A stretch of 64,000 bases of DNA, from positions 34,844,001 to 34,908,000 of the forward strand of contig NC_043005.1 of assembly GCF_006345805.1 (NCBI RefSeq), in the 5' to 3' direction. Under the pieces are notes generated by a model, which saw only the letters and a list, made by a program, of their open reading frames with translations, made no database searches and was not told the DNA's origin. Both the position numbers and the translations under genes were made by a program. The DNA is from Octopus sinensis. Taxonomy: Eukaryota. Position 1 is the stretch's first letter; each line of letters begins with the position of its first letter. Shown here piece by piece: positions 13,738 through 26,448 of this stretch.

Positions 13738-14188
13738 CCTTTCTACTATAGGTACAAGTCCTGAAATTTGGGGGAGGGGGATTAGTTGATTACATCAGCT
13801 CTTGACCGGTACTTATTTCATCAACCCCCAAAAGGATGAAAGGCAAAGTTGACCTTGGTGGAATTTGAACTCAGAATGTAAAGATGGATGAAATGTCACT
13901 AAGCATTTCAACCAGCATGCTAACGATTCTGCCAGCTCACCACCTTAATAATAATAATTATAATAACAATAATAATTCTTTCAACTGGAAGCACAAGACC
14001 TCAAATTTGGGGGAAGGATTTAAGTCAATTACATTGACCCCAGTGCATAACTGGTACTTATTCAATCAACCCGAAAGGATGAAAGGCAAAGTTGACCTCA
14101 GCAGAATTTGAACTCAGAATATAGTGGCAGACGAAATACTGCTAAGCATTTTGCCTGGTGTGCTAATGATTCTGTCAGCGCACCACCT

Positions 14189-14241
<53 letters not shown>

Positions 14242-14452
14242 TACTTTCTATTACAGACACAAAGCCTGAAAGTTTGGGAGAGTGATCAGGGGATTGCATT
14301 GACCCCAAGACTCAAATGATACATATTTCATCAACCCAAAAAGGATGAACGGCAAAGTGAACCATGGTGGAATTTGAAATCAGAACATAAAAACAGACAA
14401 AATGCCGCTAAGCATTTTGTCTGGCATGCTAACAATTATCCCTGCTGGCCTT
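13738..14452 (-). mobile_element. Three head-to-tail family N SINEs separated by (TAA)n
   Basis: Copies at about 13738-13946, 13977-14188 and 14243-14452, each ending ...cacctt or ...gcctt followed by taataat. Confidence 0.9.
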
Positions 14453-14539
14453 AATGATGATTATGATGATGATGATGGATGTAGTTACAAAAATGTGACC
14501 TTGATAAGTACAGCAAGGAAAAAGTGTTGAGAACAACTA

Positions 14540-14925
14540 CATCAAGACTATTCCTCAGAATCTGACAAATGTAGAACGTGTGGTGAAACTGGAGAGACAG
14601 TATTTTAAGTGAATGCAGTGAATTGGCTCAAAAAGAATGCAAGAGAAGACATGACAATGTCATCAGAATGGTTCACAGGGAACTAAGTTTGAATTGGAAA
14701 AGGTGATTAAATGGTACAAATATGAGTGGTAGGAAAATGACAGAGCAAATTTACTTTGAGATTTCATCATCCAATGTCATCATGGCAGTAAAGATCAGAA
14801 CCCCAATATTGTGGTGGTAGACAAGAGAGTAAAACCATGCCTGATTATAGACATCAGAAGTGATGGAAAAGGAGAAAAACTGATGAGATATGAAGCTCTG
14901 AAGAGAAGAATCATAAACTATGGTT
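14540..14925 (+). mobile_element. RLE-type (R4/Dong-like) non-LTR retrotransposon, decayed C-terminus
   Basis: SDKCRTCGETGETV..SECSELAQKECKRRHDNVIRMVHREL (zinc knuckle plus RHD) and ENDRANLL*DFIIQ...NPNIVVVDKRVKPCLIIDI (PD-D endonuclease motif). Confidence 0.8.
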
Positions 14926-15840
14926 AATGGAAAAGGTGTTAGTACTCATGATACAATGAGCAAAGAAACTGAAAAGTGGTTGTACATAATGAAGATATAT
15001 ATATATATACACACATACACAGTTAGTCAGACAAGCATACAGTGTGCATGTATAAATGTTTTGCTTCAGAGTAGGAATAATAATTTTCCTGATAATGAGG
15101 CCCTCTAAATTTCGAGTGATTAGATTCTAAAACTACTTAGACACCAAAGAAATATCTGTTGTTTGTTTGTTTGGTTTTAGAGAAAAAGTTCCTAAATACT
15201 GCCAAGCAGTGTCTCTTTAATGATCACTGCTAAAACAGCTGAAAAAAAAGATCCACCACATTTCCAAACAACAATAAGAAGCTCAGTTCACTTCCAAAAC
15301 AATCATACCACCACTCGGCTATCTCAAACAGAAATTAACCTGAAACAACAAAAGAAAAGAAAGAAAATAAGCCAGCAAATTGCGTTGTTTTGTAAGCTAT
15401 GGAGTGTGGAGAGGTGATGATGATCAGTGAGTCAGTCCAGTTTGTATAAGTGGTCTTAAGTAACTAATGACTCAAATACTATTACATTACAACACCATCA
15501 TCAACTCATCGTTGTTCCTGTTGCAGTTTTGATTGGCCAGCTGACATGTGGAAGATAAGACTTATTGTGGTTGTTTATTATTAGTTGAGGTGCATGGGGG
15601 TGGGGGAAGGAGGTTCAGATATGTGATGTCTATGAGAATTTGAGCAGAATAAATGGTTGACATTGGCACTGGGTTTTCATTTAATTCAACCTTATTGGTA
15701 GTGCTACCCTCCATAATTAGTACAGACAGTATTTTCTCTTTTAGTCTTCTTGCTCCCAAAACTTGCTCAAGCATGTCTTTGGGGGAGTGGGATATAAATA
15801 TAAATATATATATCTATATATATATATATATATATATATA

Positions 15841-16225
15841 TCATCATTGTTTAACGTCCGCTTTGCATGCTGGCATGGGTTGGACAGTTTGACTGAGGAC
15901 TTGTGAGCCAGAGGCTGCACCATGCTCAATCTGATCTGGCAAAGTTTCTACAGCAGGATGCCCTTCCTACTGCCAACCACTCTGTGAGTGTAGTGGGTGC
16001 TTTTACATGCCACCAGCACGAGGGCCAGTCAAGAAGTTCTGGCAACGACCACGATCAAAAGGAGTTTTTTTACATGCTACCTGCATGAGAGCCAGTCCAG
16101 CAGCACTGGCAACGACCACGCTTGAATGCTGTTTTTCATGTGCCACTGGTACATGTGCCGTTAAGGCAACATTGGCAACGATCACGTTCAAATGGTGCTT
16201 TTCACGTGTCACCAGCACGGGAGCC
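15841..16225 (-). mobile_element. RTE-LINE 3' end (family R)
   Basis: catcatt..ttaacgtccg...gcatgctggcatggg...caggatgcccttcct...ggtgctttt.acatgcca subrepeats. Confidence 0.85.
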
Positions 16226-16249
16226 ATATATATATATATATATATTATC

Positions 16250-16460
16250 ATGGACCCTCCCATCGTTAGACAACATATGAGGGTTCAGCAATTTCTTGCC
16301 GAACAACAACACAAGTAATTTGTTTATAGTGATCAAATGTTTGTGTCCACTCTCTCCATCAAATTGACATTACCTGTACAGGTGCACCATGTGCCACATG
16401 TCAGATGACAATCACAGAGCAACATGAAATGAAGTGCTTTGCTCAAGAACACAATGCAAC
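16250..16460 (-). mobile_element. SINE family M
   Basis: cagagcaacatgaaatgaagtgctttgctcaagaacacaa; homologous to 44200-44510. Confidence 0.7.
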
Positions 16461-16849
16461 AATAACCTTGTTTTTGCTGTTGTTATTCTTTCATTTCTAG
16501 CAAGCACCCAATTATTTTGCTTATGTAGTTGTTCAGCTCCGGTTCAGTTCTGACAGAACTGGTCTATGGTAAAAGGCAATCTGGCCACGATTTCAGGAAG
16601 ACTTGGCTTCGAACATGAAGAAATTCCTTACAAGCCATTGGGTCATAGGGGCATAACTAAAGGCTTCAATTTATCTCATGTTCTAAGTCAGCTTCATATA
16701 ATTTTATCAGCTTAACTCACCTTTTATGCTGTATACATATTAAGATATAATCTATTGTAGTGAGCAAATCATCCATTAAACCCAGCATGGGAAACAAACA
16801 AAAAATAATGATGCTTATGAATGTGGATTTGGTAGGCGGGAACTCAAAG

Positions 16850-17092
16850 AAGGCCATCATAGAAGATATATATATATATGTATGTATTTGTGTGTCTGTG
16901 TTTGCCCCCACCCTCCTCGATCACTTGACAAGCAATGTTGGTGTGTTTACGTTCCTTTAACTTAGTGGTTTGGTAAAAAAGACCAAAAGAATAAGTACTA
17001 GACTTATAAAGAATAAGTCCTGGGATTGATTTGTTCAACTAAAGGTGGTGCTCCAACATGGCCATAGTCAAATGACTGAAACAAGTAAAAGA
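16850..17092 (+). mobile_element. Family C SINE, 3' half
   Basis: cacttgacaa...gtgtttacgt...aagaataagtcctggg...gtcaaatgactgaaacaagtaaaaga. Confidence 0.8.
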
Positions 17093-17154
17093 TAGAGGAT
17101 ATATATATCCTCTATATTTTACTTGTTTCAGTCATTTGACTACGGCCATGTTGG
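17053..17154. repeat. 102-bp near-perfect palindrome formed by two SINE tails
   Basis: 51-bp arms (17053-17103 and 17104-17154), 2 mismatches, no spacer. Confidence 0.95.
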
Positions 17155-17490
17155 GGTGCTGCCATGAAGAATTTTAGTTGAATGAATCTTTTTAAGCCTG
17201 CTGCTTATTCTATCAGTCTCTTTTACTGAACTGCTAAGTTATGGAGACATAAACACACAACACTAGTTGTCAAGTGGTAGTGGGGGACAAGCACAGACAC
17301 AAAAACACTCATGTGTAAATATATATGAGAGGCTTCTTTCAGTTTCTGTCTAATAAATCCACTCACAAGTCTTTGGTTGACCCAAGGCTACAGTAGAAGA
17401 CACTTGCCCAAGGTGCCATGGAGTGGAAGTGGACACAGAACCGTGTGGTTGGGAAGCAAACTTCTTACCACACATCCACACCTGCACCTA
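17115..17490 (-). mobile_element. Family C SINE, near full length
   Basis: ttttacttgtttcagtcatttgac...cttctttcagtttctgtcta..aaatccactcacaa...cacttgcccaagg...ttgggaagcaaacttcttaccacac. Confidence 0.85.
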
Positions 17491-20164
17491 TATATATATA
17501 TGTGAGTATAAATTATAGAAAGCGAGAGACAGAGAGATATCACCTTTGCCACCAACACTTCCAGGTTGTCTCAGTTTAAGTTTTAGGATGCCGAGGATTG
17601 GTGAACATGGGCCAACGTTTACCAAAGCCTTGTGATAAGTGAAAGAAGCCCAAAGTGGTGTTTGGTTGTATCTCTTTGGTTTGTCTTCATCCACATGTAA
17701 AGAAACATCACCATCCCACAAGTGATGGTGGTCTCTAACCATTATGCTGTTTATATTTGAAGGATCAGAGGAAATATCAGCTTACTTGGAAACAAGTGAG
17801 GTTTGGTAAGAGAAAGAGCATCCAGCCAGAGAAAGCCTGCCTAAATGAATTATGTCTGACCTATGCAAGCATGGAAAAGTGGATGTTGAAATGATAATGA
17901 TGTACTTTGAATGAAGTATTGAAGCTGCATGCCTGGCCTTGATGGGTGTCTCCTTAGCCAAAACTATTCTGCCACACCGATGAATCTAACAAGAGCACAG
18001 GTCTCTTTTTTATAGAAATCACCAAACAAATTATTTACTGATGCATGTTTTGTCTACCAAACAGATAATAATTCATGCAGAACAGTAAGAATCCAAGGTT
18101 TGACCGAGAAGACATACAATAATGTCAAAACACTTCAGTGTCCTAAAGTCCCCTACACCAATAAATTGTATGTGTTATCAATGCATTATCATCTAAAAGG
18201 AAGCAGTTTTCTCTGATGATAAAAAAAAAACAACAGCAATTAAATATTCACATTTGAATCTGTCAATAAATATTAAGAACAGATAGGTACAGTTTTTAAA
18301 TTCTTGCTCTCTTGTGTGCATTCCATGAATTATTATTATAAGTTTGATGAACATTAAAAGGAAAGAAAAATCAGCTCAGAACATGTCCATGGCTGGACAT
18401 CTTTCCACAGAAGATCAAAATGACACTGATGTTCACATACAATTATCACATGAAGTTGAGACAAGGAGACACAAAGCCACACATGACAGAGCTCTTACAG
18501 TGTTCTTCTACAACCAAATCTACTCAGTACTTTGTTTAGCCCCAGGGCTATAGTGGAAGACACTTATTTCTAAGGTACCACGCAGTGGAACTGAATCCAA
18601 AAGCATGTGGTTAGGAAGCACACATTTTAACCAGACACTTATGCCAGTAAATAACTAGAAATAGTTTTTAAAAGTTTAACCAACTGACTATGAAAACCTA
18701 AAATAACTGGAGAAGATAAATGTTTCTCAGTATCAAGGTGAGATAAAAATATGCGATAAGCTTACATGAAACTTCAGAGGTTAACGAGGAACTGGCCGGA
18801 AAAGTGTAAGGTTTGAGACTATTAAGTAACAACTTTAAAAGATATTAGTTTCTGAATTCTAAACTTAGCAAAATTGGATGTGGTCTTAAAGTCAGACTAG
18901 CAGCAAATTTTTAGAAAGCCAAAACTGAGAAAAAAATACACAAATATGAAATTCAATTAGTTCTAGATATATTATCTTCCATTCAAATTAAGCAAAAAAA
19001 AAAAAGCCCCTCTCAAACAATAAAAAAATAAGAGGTGATATTTCTTTGATAAACAGAATGTAACTACTATAGGAACATTGGTGATCATAGCCTTGTCACA
19101 TTTCCAAAACTGCTTTTAGAGAATATCACCTTTAACAAACAAACAAACAGAAAAGCAAAAACAAATTGGCTTTTAGTCTAACATAACCAAACATAAATAA
19201 TGCAGAACACACACACACACACACTTTCTCTCTATTAAAAAAAAAAATTAAATGTAAGATTTAGAGTGAAATGTTTTATTTTTCAGAATTATCAGATTTA
19301 ACATTTTAAAGTGATAACACAGAGGTTTATTATAAAGGAGAATTACATCAGTGAAAATAGTGGCTTCAGTCATTGAAATGCAGCCAAGTTAGAACATTGG
19401 TTTAAAGTTTCTGAAGTTGATCATATCAACTTCTGAGTTTATTTCAGTTTAATATTGAGTTTAACAATATTTATCAAATGGCAAAGTAATGTTTGATACA
19501 ATGGGATACAATACTGGTTTACACAGGTAAACATAGTCACACACACATTCATGTATGTGTATATTGTTCCTTTTATACCTGTTTTCCCTATTCTGGCAAG
19601 AGTTAGAAAAACATACATGCATACATTCATTACATACATATATACATTATATATGCACATAAATACAACCATATATACGATGGGCTTTGTACTTTCTATA
19701 AACCAAATTCACTTGCAAGGCTTGGTTTGCCCAAGTCTATCATAGACAACACTTCCCCAAGGTACTGTACAGTGACACTGAACTTGAAACCATGTTGCTG
19801 TAAAGCAGGCTCATTAAACACAGCCATGCTACATATGCACAACAGGCTTCTATGCAGTTTCCATCTACCAAATTCCACATGTGTGGCATTGATCAACCCA
19901 AAGGCTACAGTAAATGTCTGCACAATGTGTCATATACTTGGCAACCCCACTGGTGCTGATGTTGGTGCTATGTAAAAAGTATTTGTGCTAGCACCACATA
20001 AAAAGTATCTGTGCTGGTACCACATAAAAAGCACCAGTATATTCTAGTTTCCAGCCATAGAAACCAACTGGAGCTTGGTACAGCTCTCTGACTTCCCAGC
20101 TCCCATCAAACCATGCCAGCTTGGAAAATGGATATTAAATGATGAAATATATATATATATAAGC

Positions 20165-20505
20165 ACAGGCATAGATGTGTGGAAAGAAGCTTGCTTCCCA
20201 ACCACATGGTTCCAGGTTCAGTCCCACTGCATGACACCTTGGGCAAGTGTCCTCTACTATAGCATAGGGCTGTCCAAAGCATTGTGAGCAGATTTGTAGA
20301 TGGAAACTGAAAGAAGCCTGTTGTGTGTGTGTGCGTGTGTGTGTCTGTCCCCCACCATTGTTTAACAGCTGATGTTGGTGTGTTTACATCACTGTAAACT
20401 AAGCTTACAAAGAATAAGTCCTGAGGTCAATTTCTTTGACCAAAACCCTTTAAGGCAATGCACCAGAATGGCCACAGTCAGATGGCCAAAACAAGTAGAA
20501 GAATA
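20165..20505 (+). mobile_element. Family C SINE
   Basis: gcacaggcatagatgtgtgg..agaagcttgcttcccaaccacatggttccaggttcagtcccactg...ccttgggcaagtg. Confidence 0.85.
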
Positions 20506-20589
20506 AAAGAATACTAGAATGTGTGTGTGTGTGCACATACACACATGCATTGTATGTATGTGTATTTGTATGTATATATGTATGTGTTT

Positions 20590-20850
20590 GTGCGTACTGT
20601 TGACAAGACATCATGTGATGGTTGTAAATGAGCATCATCTCATCATGCAGGCAAGATTGTTTGTTTCCATTCTTCCATGATAAACATGTCCAGCCAAGGG
20701 AAAATATTATCTTGCTTGTTAACAGGTGAGGGTTAGTGGTAGGAAAGGTATCCATCCATAAAAAAATCTACCCCAACCAACTCCATTTGACCCATGCAAG
20801 CATAGAAAAGTGGATATTAAATGATGATGATAATGAGGATAATGATGTAA
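20590..20850 (+). mobile_element. RTE-tailed repeat (family B)
   Basis: aagggaaaatattatcttgcttg..aacaggtgagggtt...cccatgcaagcatagaaaagtggatattaaatgatgatgat. Confidence 0.75.
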
Positions 20851-21552
20851 AAATTTAGAAATGAACAATTGGTGACTCAGTTTGTTAAGTTCTTCCCATC
20901 TTTGTTCAATAAAACCATCTCTTTTTACTTCTTTTTACTTTTTCTTTTGAAATGTGTTTGTTCTAGGGTTGCACACCAAAAAGAATCCATGTTGTTGATA
21001 TGTAAATACGACCATAAACTACTCATTTATAATATGTGAAAATGACCGTAAACTAGACATTTATGATATGTTGGAAAGAAAAATCAATGTCAATGTTAAA
21101 GACAATAAACCTCTTTATTTTATCGCAGTTAGATTTTTTTTATTTTTCAACTACAAATGGATAAATCAGACATTGAATATAAAATACATATTTCTATTTT
21201 CCAAACATAATACTTCACACAAATATTCAAAGTAAATGCTGAAGTGAATAATAATAAAATGTGATGTGAGAGCCCAGTGGGAATTGAACCCATGTCTCCT
21301 TTATTTATGAACTTTTATACCATTTGTTGTAACAAAAGAAACAGGATTTTATTCCAGTGAGATCCCAGATTTTATTAGCATTCACATTTGCTTTGTGTAT
21401 CTGTACAAAACAACATGAAGATCACTATAAAGTCATTTTCACAGTTCTTCGTTTGTTGGACATTCAGATTTTCTCTAAAGTTTATAAACTTAAAATTGTC
21501 TTAGAACAAGGCAAAAAGCAAATATTTTCTAATACAGAATTAATATATTACT

Positions 21553-21596
<44 letters not shown>

Positions 21597-21632
21597 TGAT
21601 AATAATGATAATAATAACAACAACAACAGTAA

Positions 21633-21847
21633 TGGTTTCAAATTTTGGCACAAGACCAGCAATTTCAGGGAGGGGGTAAGTCAATGAAATCGACCTCAGT
21701 GCTCAACTGGTATTTATTTTATCAACCTCGAAAGGATGAAAAATGAAGTCAACCTCGGCAGAATTTGAACTCAGAATGTAAAGACAGACAAAATACCACT
21801 GAAGCACTCTGCCAGGCATGCCAACAATTCTGCCAGCTCGTTGCCTT
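21633..21847 (-). mobile_element. Family N SINE
   Basis: Full-length reverse copy directly after (TAA)n/(CAA)n tract 21556-21630. Confidence 0.85.
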
Positions 21848-22081
21848 TTCTTTAATATTGGTTTCAATATTAAACCAGCCAGATCTGGCCTCTCACACCT
21901 TCTCTACAACATCATTCCAAAAAATAAACAATCGCATCATCAAAATCTCAAAGCTAATGGGTTAATCACCATCAGAAGAAAAGCTTGCAAGACTATTGAA
22001 TAGCTCCTGTAAAGTAGCTCTGATATTTATTTCACACAAACACACAAATATTTAATTATCTTATGAACTTCATTAGCTTAC

Positions 22082-22154
22082 AGCTGTTTCTGCTTTAAGA
22101 TACAATGGACTCATAGTTCTGTGCCTGGATAACACCTTATAGATTCGTTGAAGC
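22082..22154 (-). CDS. Candidate internal exon (73 nt, phase 2 to 0)
   Basis: tttaag|G CTT CAA...ACA GCT|gtaagc. The only open frame is (R)LQRIYKVLSRHRTMSPLYLKAETA. Confidence 0.3.
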
Positions 22155-23815
22155 CTTAAATATGAAGTGCAGTTTATTTGGGAAAGAATTACATTTGTGC
22201 ATATGTAGAGAAAAGTATTATCAATGAGAAAGTTAATACAGATGTGTATTAAAAAAAAAGTGCATGTCCAAAAGGTAATTAGATGTACAAGTAGAAATAT
22301 ATATGATTCACCATGATAGATCACTAGCCACTACACATTCCTTATTTTCTCTCCTTGTTTCTTTCTGTGGAAGAGCGTAGGCTCAAAATGTTAAAGACTT
22401 TTTCACTTCCCGAGCATTATACTAATACATCTGTTTATTGTCTACACCACCTGTCTTCATCTTTTGTTTTTTTTTTTTGTAAATTCTTCCCCTAGAAATA
22501 TATATATATATATATACACACACACATACACAGAGAGGGGTGGAGTAAAGAGGCTAAGAATGTATTAGTGATAGTCATTATATTACAACTATGACACAAG
22601 GGGAAAATATATTTCTAACAGAGGAAAAAATTGTTTTAATCCTAAAGCCAAGTGAACTTAGAGAACTGGTGTTCATCTCAGTTTCCTTATCATTACAAAT
22701 ACAAAAGACATGTATCACTTGGGATAGATTGCTTCAATGTTGCAGATCTATTTTCATACAGTTCTATTGGAATTTATAGTCCAGACCAGAAACCATCCAT
22801 CAAACAATACCCTATGATCATGTTCATCCTTCAACTGGTTTAAAATGATCTCTCTTTTTTTGCCTGGACAGAAGCAAGTTCCAAGGTGATCTATACAGAG
22901 ATTTGAAATGCAAAATCTTAAAACACAAAACTTAGTTTTAACAAATATCGATTCTAGCATTCTTAACACAGCACAGATATAGTAGCTTAAATAACATTTC
23001 TTAAATTTTGCTCCCCAATCCAATCATCTCAGTTGAATTTCAACATAAATTCAATTACAAGTGTACAAATATACTCCACTAAAACTAATCGAGGCAACTC
23101 AATAGAATGTCATACAAAAGATCTATTCAGAGAGGAAAAAAATTTCAATGTAAGAACTAAAAGTTACAAATCACAAAGAAATATTACAGTAAAGTTGACA
23201 ATTCACCTCTCTTTGCTCTTGCATCTTTTTTCAAGGTGCAGCCAGACAGACAGGCAGTCAGTTAGGCAACACTCAATACAAAGAATAGGTGTTGAGCAGC
23301 AAGAGTAATAAAAAAAGACTTGTATCATTGTCCTATTCACAGAAATAGTGGTGCTGTGATTAATGTAAAGAGGTGCAGCCGCCATCTGTAGACACAACAT
23401 GTGGTAGTGCAGCAATTAGTTAAGTGTTTTTGGCAGTGTAGGCTGCAATCCAATATAATTTCTTGAAAAAACAATTAAAAAGAAAATTTATAAAATAAAA
23501 TAAAATAAAAGCAGTGAAGTCAGTGTAAAGCTTTATAGAATGTATAAATGAGATATTAGTGAGTGTATAGTGTCACCAAACATTATAAAAGCCAAACTGA
23601 AAAGGTTGTGTAAGTATGTGGCATGTATGAGTGTGTACAGATGTGTGATATAAAGAGAGAGAGGGTGTGTGTGTGTGTGTGAGTGTAGATGAAAGGGGTA
23701 GGGGAGGACCTGTCTACAAAGAAAATCTTAGAAAATCAAGATTTTTTGTGTCTTGTAACTTTGTTAATTTTTTTATTTATATTTTTTTTTATAATTTTAT
23801 TTTAATCGTTTCCAG

Positions 23816-23880
23816 GTATTTATTGGGTTTTCTCCAGCTGTCTATTTTGCATGTTGGCAATAGAAGAGATGAGTCAAATG
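23816..23880 (+). CDS. Candidate exon (65 nt), plus strand
   Basis: About 50-nt T-rich tract, then tttccag|GTATTT...CAAATG|gtaagg. Two open frames: YLLGFLQLSILHVGNRRDESN or IYWVFSSCLFCMLAIEEMSQM. Confidence 0.25.
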
Positions 23881-25370
23881 GTAAGGAAACAAAGCAACTG
23901 GTTTATAGAGCAGCCAGTACACTTGGAAACGAAATCATTCTAATTGCCATCATTAAAGAGAGAAGAAAGAAATGAAAGAAAGAGAACACAAAAAAGTGAG
24001 CAGAGAAGAAATGAAATAGAATTAACAACAACCACCACCACCACCACTTTAAAGTCACATGAAATAAAGCCAGGAAGACAATCAGCAGACAGTTATCTAC
24101 CACCATAACTGTTACCATCTTTCAGGATTCTTTCTTCAACTTACAAATCCTACTTTGCTATTTTATTATAACAACAACATATTAACATTTCATTACTTAT
24201 TTCAGATAATTTTCAAAGATTTTATGATTAGATATACAAAAGTATAAAAACAAAAAAACAAAAAAAAAAATGACCATCCCTCCTCCTCCTCCTTTCATTC
24301 CACCACATCCCTGAATCATATTCTATTTTATTAAATTGAATTTTTTTTTTTATTAAAATCGAGGAAAAGCAGTTGTAAATCAACTGATGTCATCTAGTTA
24401 ATAAATAGATCTTATACAATGCCAATCTACTTCAATAATGTCCTAAAATATCTTTTTTTTTAAGAAGTCAATAAAAAAAGTTCTTTTTACAACACTCCAT
24501 CTGATTGGCTGGTGTTATATTGATACAGAAAAGTCCTTGATCTTCTGCACCTGCTAGAAAAAAGGCTGCTGGCAGGATTCTTTTTGATTGTAAAAGCCTA
24601 AAAAAAAAATACTAACCTTTGTGTTTGAAATCATCACACTTTACTTTCTAAGCCCTTTCAAAGTTTACAACTGCCTTTGGCATTTGAAACTGTTACATAC
24701 AATAGACAGATAAAGTAGCCTAAATACAACTACACCCCAATCTCCTTTTCTTCTTACCCAGTTAGTATGTTTTATATACAATGAACACCTGCAATATAGT
24801 AGTAAATTATTGCTATATACACATCTTGATAACAGAGATGAAATCAAGGAAAATATCGACATTTAGGACATTCTTCCTCCTGTTTGGTCATAGACATATC
24901 TAGTAATGGGTAAGTCTAGCCTAGCCTGTATAGCATTTTGTCTTTAGGTAAAAGTATATGCAAATTTCTTTGCATATATTCTAGAGAGTTTTGAACTGAA
25001 AAAAAACAAACTTTTTTTTAATTTCAGGTAAAAGGCATAACTTACACTAATTGCTTCTTTTTATCAAAGAAGATATACTTACAAACCAATACAAATCAAA
25101 ATGAAGAATTATTAGGCAGATAATTAAAAGAGCATGTTTCTTACATGATTAAACAAGTCAAAATCATATTAGATATGCAAAATCTTTTAAGGAAAATAAT
25201 ACTAGTTTTAAACAAATTCCTTTATTTCCACAATAAGTATACAAAACAACTTTAGACAGGTTTTATTCAGTTGGAAGTCTACAACTGAAGACTTCATGAC
25301 ATACTGAAGCATTAGGGATCAAATAAAAACATAAGCACACAGAAATGTATATTGGTAGGTGTAAAGAGAA

Positions 25371-25514
25371 TTAACCCTTGCATTACCATATTTCTGTTGA
25401 AAGACTACTTTTTGTTTCAAATAATTTTAAAAATAATGAAAAATTGAATAGAATAACTTTGCCAACATGGAACAAGGATGTTAAACAATGATGATGATGA
25501 CGATTAAGCTGGTG
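25371..25514. mobile_element. TTAA-MITE, left half
   Basis: TTAACCCTTGCATTACCATATTTCTGTTGAAA...attaagctggtg, with a short (GAT)-tailed insert at about 25468-25502. Confidence 0.6.
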
Positions 25515-25559
25515 TGCAAGACATATCATATTTACACAAGTATCACTATCAGGTTTCCC

Positions 25560-26290
25560 TAAGCTCTTGAGCACATTGGGCAGTAAGTTGACACCACTGG
25601 TTTCTGCTGGCTGTGTTTTGTTTTTTCTAAATCTGTCTATACAATATTGGCCTTTTTCATGTTGGTTATGAATATTTTGTGCCAAGTAGTTTTTGGTCTC
25701 CTTCTCTATTTATTTCCTGCTGGTGGTGTCCATTTCAAAGCTGTTTTAGAATGGTATTATTTTGATAACCAAAGTATATGACCTGCTAGTTTCAATTTTC
25801 ATTCTGTGACAAGTTTGCTAAGTGATTTTGTGTTGGCTTTCTTTAGAACGTCTTCATTACTTATGTGGTCTTGCAGTGTGTTCTTAGAATCCTCCTCAAG
25901 CATCTTTGATGGAAAACATTAAGCTTTCTGTTGTTTTCTCTGTGCTCCTCCATGTCTCATTGATATAGAGAACTGTTGGTAGAACTATGGTATTATAGAG
26001 CTGAATCTTTGTGTGTAAGCTGATTGGAATATGGCTGTAGTTTTGCCATTTCCATGATTGATGCTAGTCTCAATATCACCATTGTTACTGAGGATGCTCT
26101 CCAAATAAGTGAATCTGTAAACTGTCTTCATATTTTGCTAACTGATCTTTAGAATTGTTGTTGTTTGACAATCATCAGTTCTGATGTTCATTGTTTTGGT
26201 CTTCCCTACACCGATTTTCAGACCTATCATTCCTGCAGTTTGTCCTAGTTCTGATGTAAGCCATTGTAGGTTCTTATCATCTTCAGCAAG
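25560..26290 (-). mobile_element. RTE-clade LINE, decayed RT C-terminal region
   Basis: LLAEDDKNLQ...GLKIGVGKTK...FTYLESILSNNGDIE...KIQLYNTIVLPTVLY..ETW...FHQRCLRRIL...LAGHIL...KWTPPAG..RRRPKTTW. Confidence 0.85.
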
Positions 26291-26448
26291 CAAGTATAAT
26301 TTGCACTATTTTATATATGATTGTAACTAGATAAAACTGGAGTATGACACTCATGGGCAAGGCTAAAATTGTGAAGGAAAAAATTTTTTAACAAGATTTA
26401 CTATTAAATTAGAAGTGTGACATAAGCACAAAAATAGATACAGTAAAC

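Noticed and set aside
13738-14452. Regularly spaced repeats as a CRISPR-like array
   Set aside because: Units are about 200-bp diverged SINEs with microsatellite spacers in eukaryotic DNA, with no cas genes.
18766-18924. Minus segment with strong ttctcag acceptor and gtaagc donor
   Set aside because: All three frames contain stops, so it is not a coding exon.
21265-21310. tRNA T-arm-like gggttcaattcccactgggctc on the minus strand
   Set aside because: No cloverleaf or D-arm; at most a SINE-head relic.
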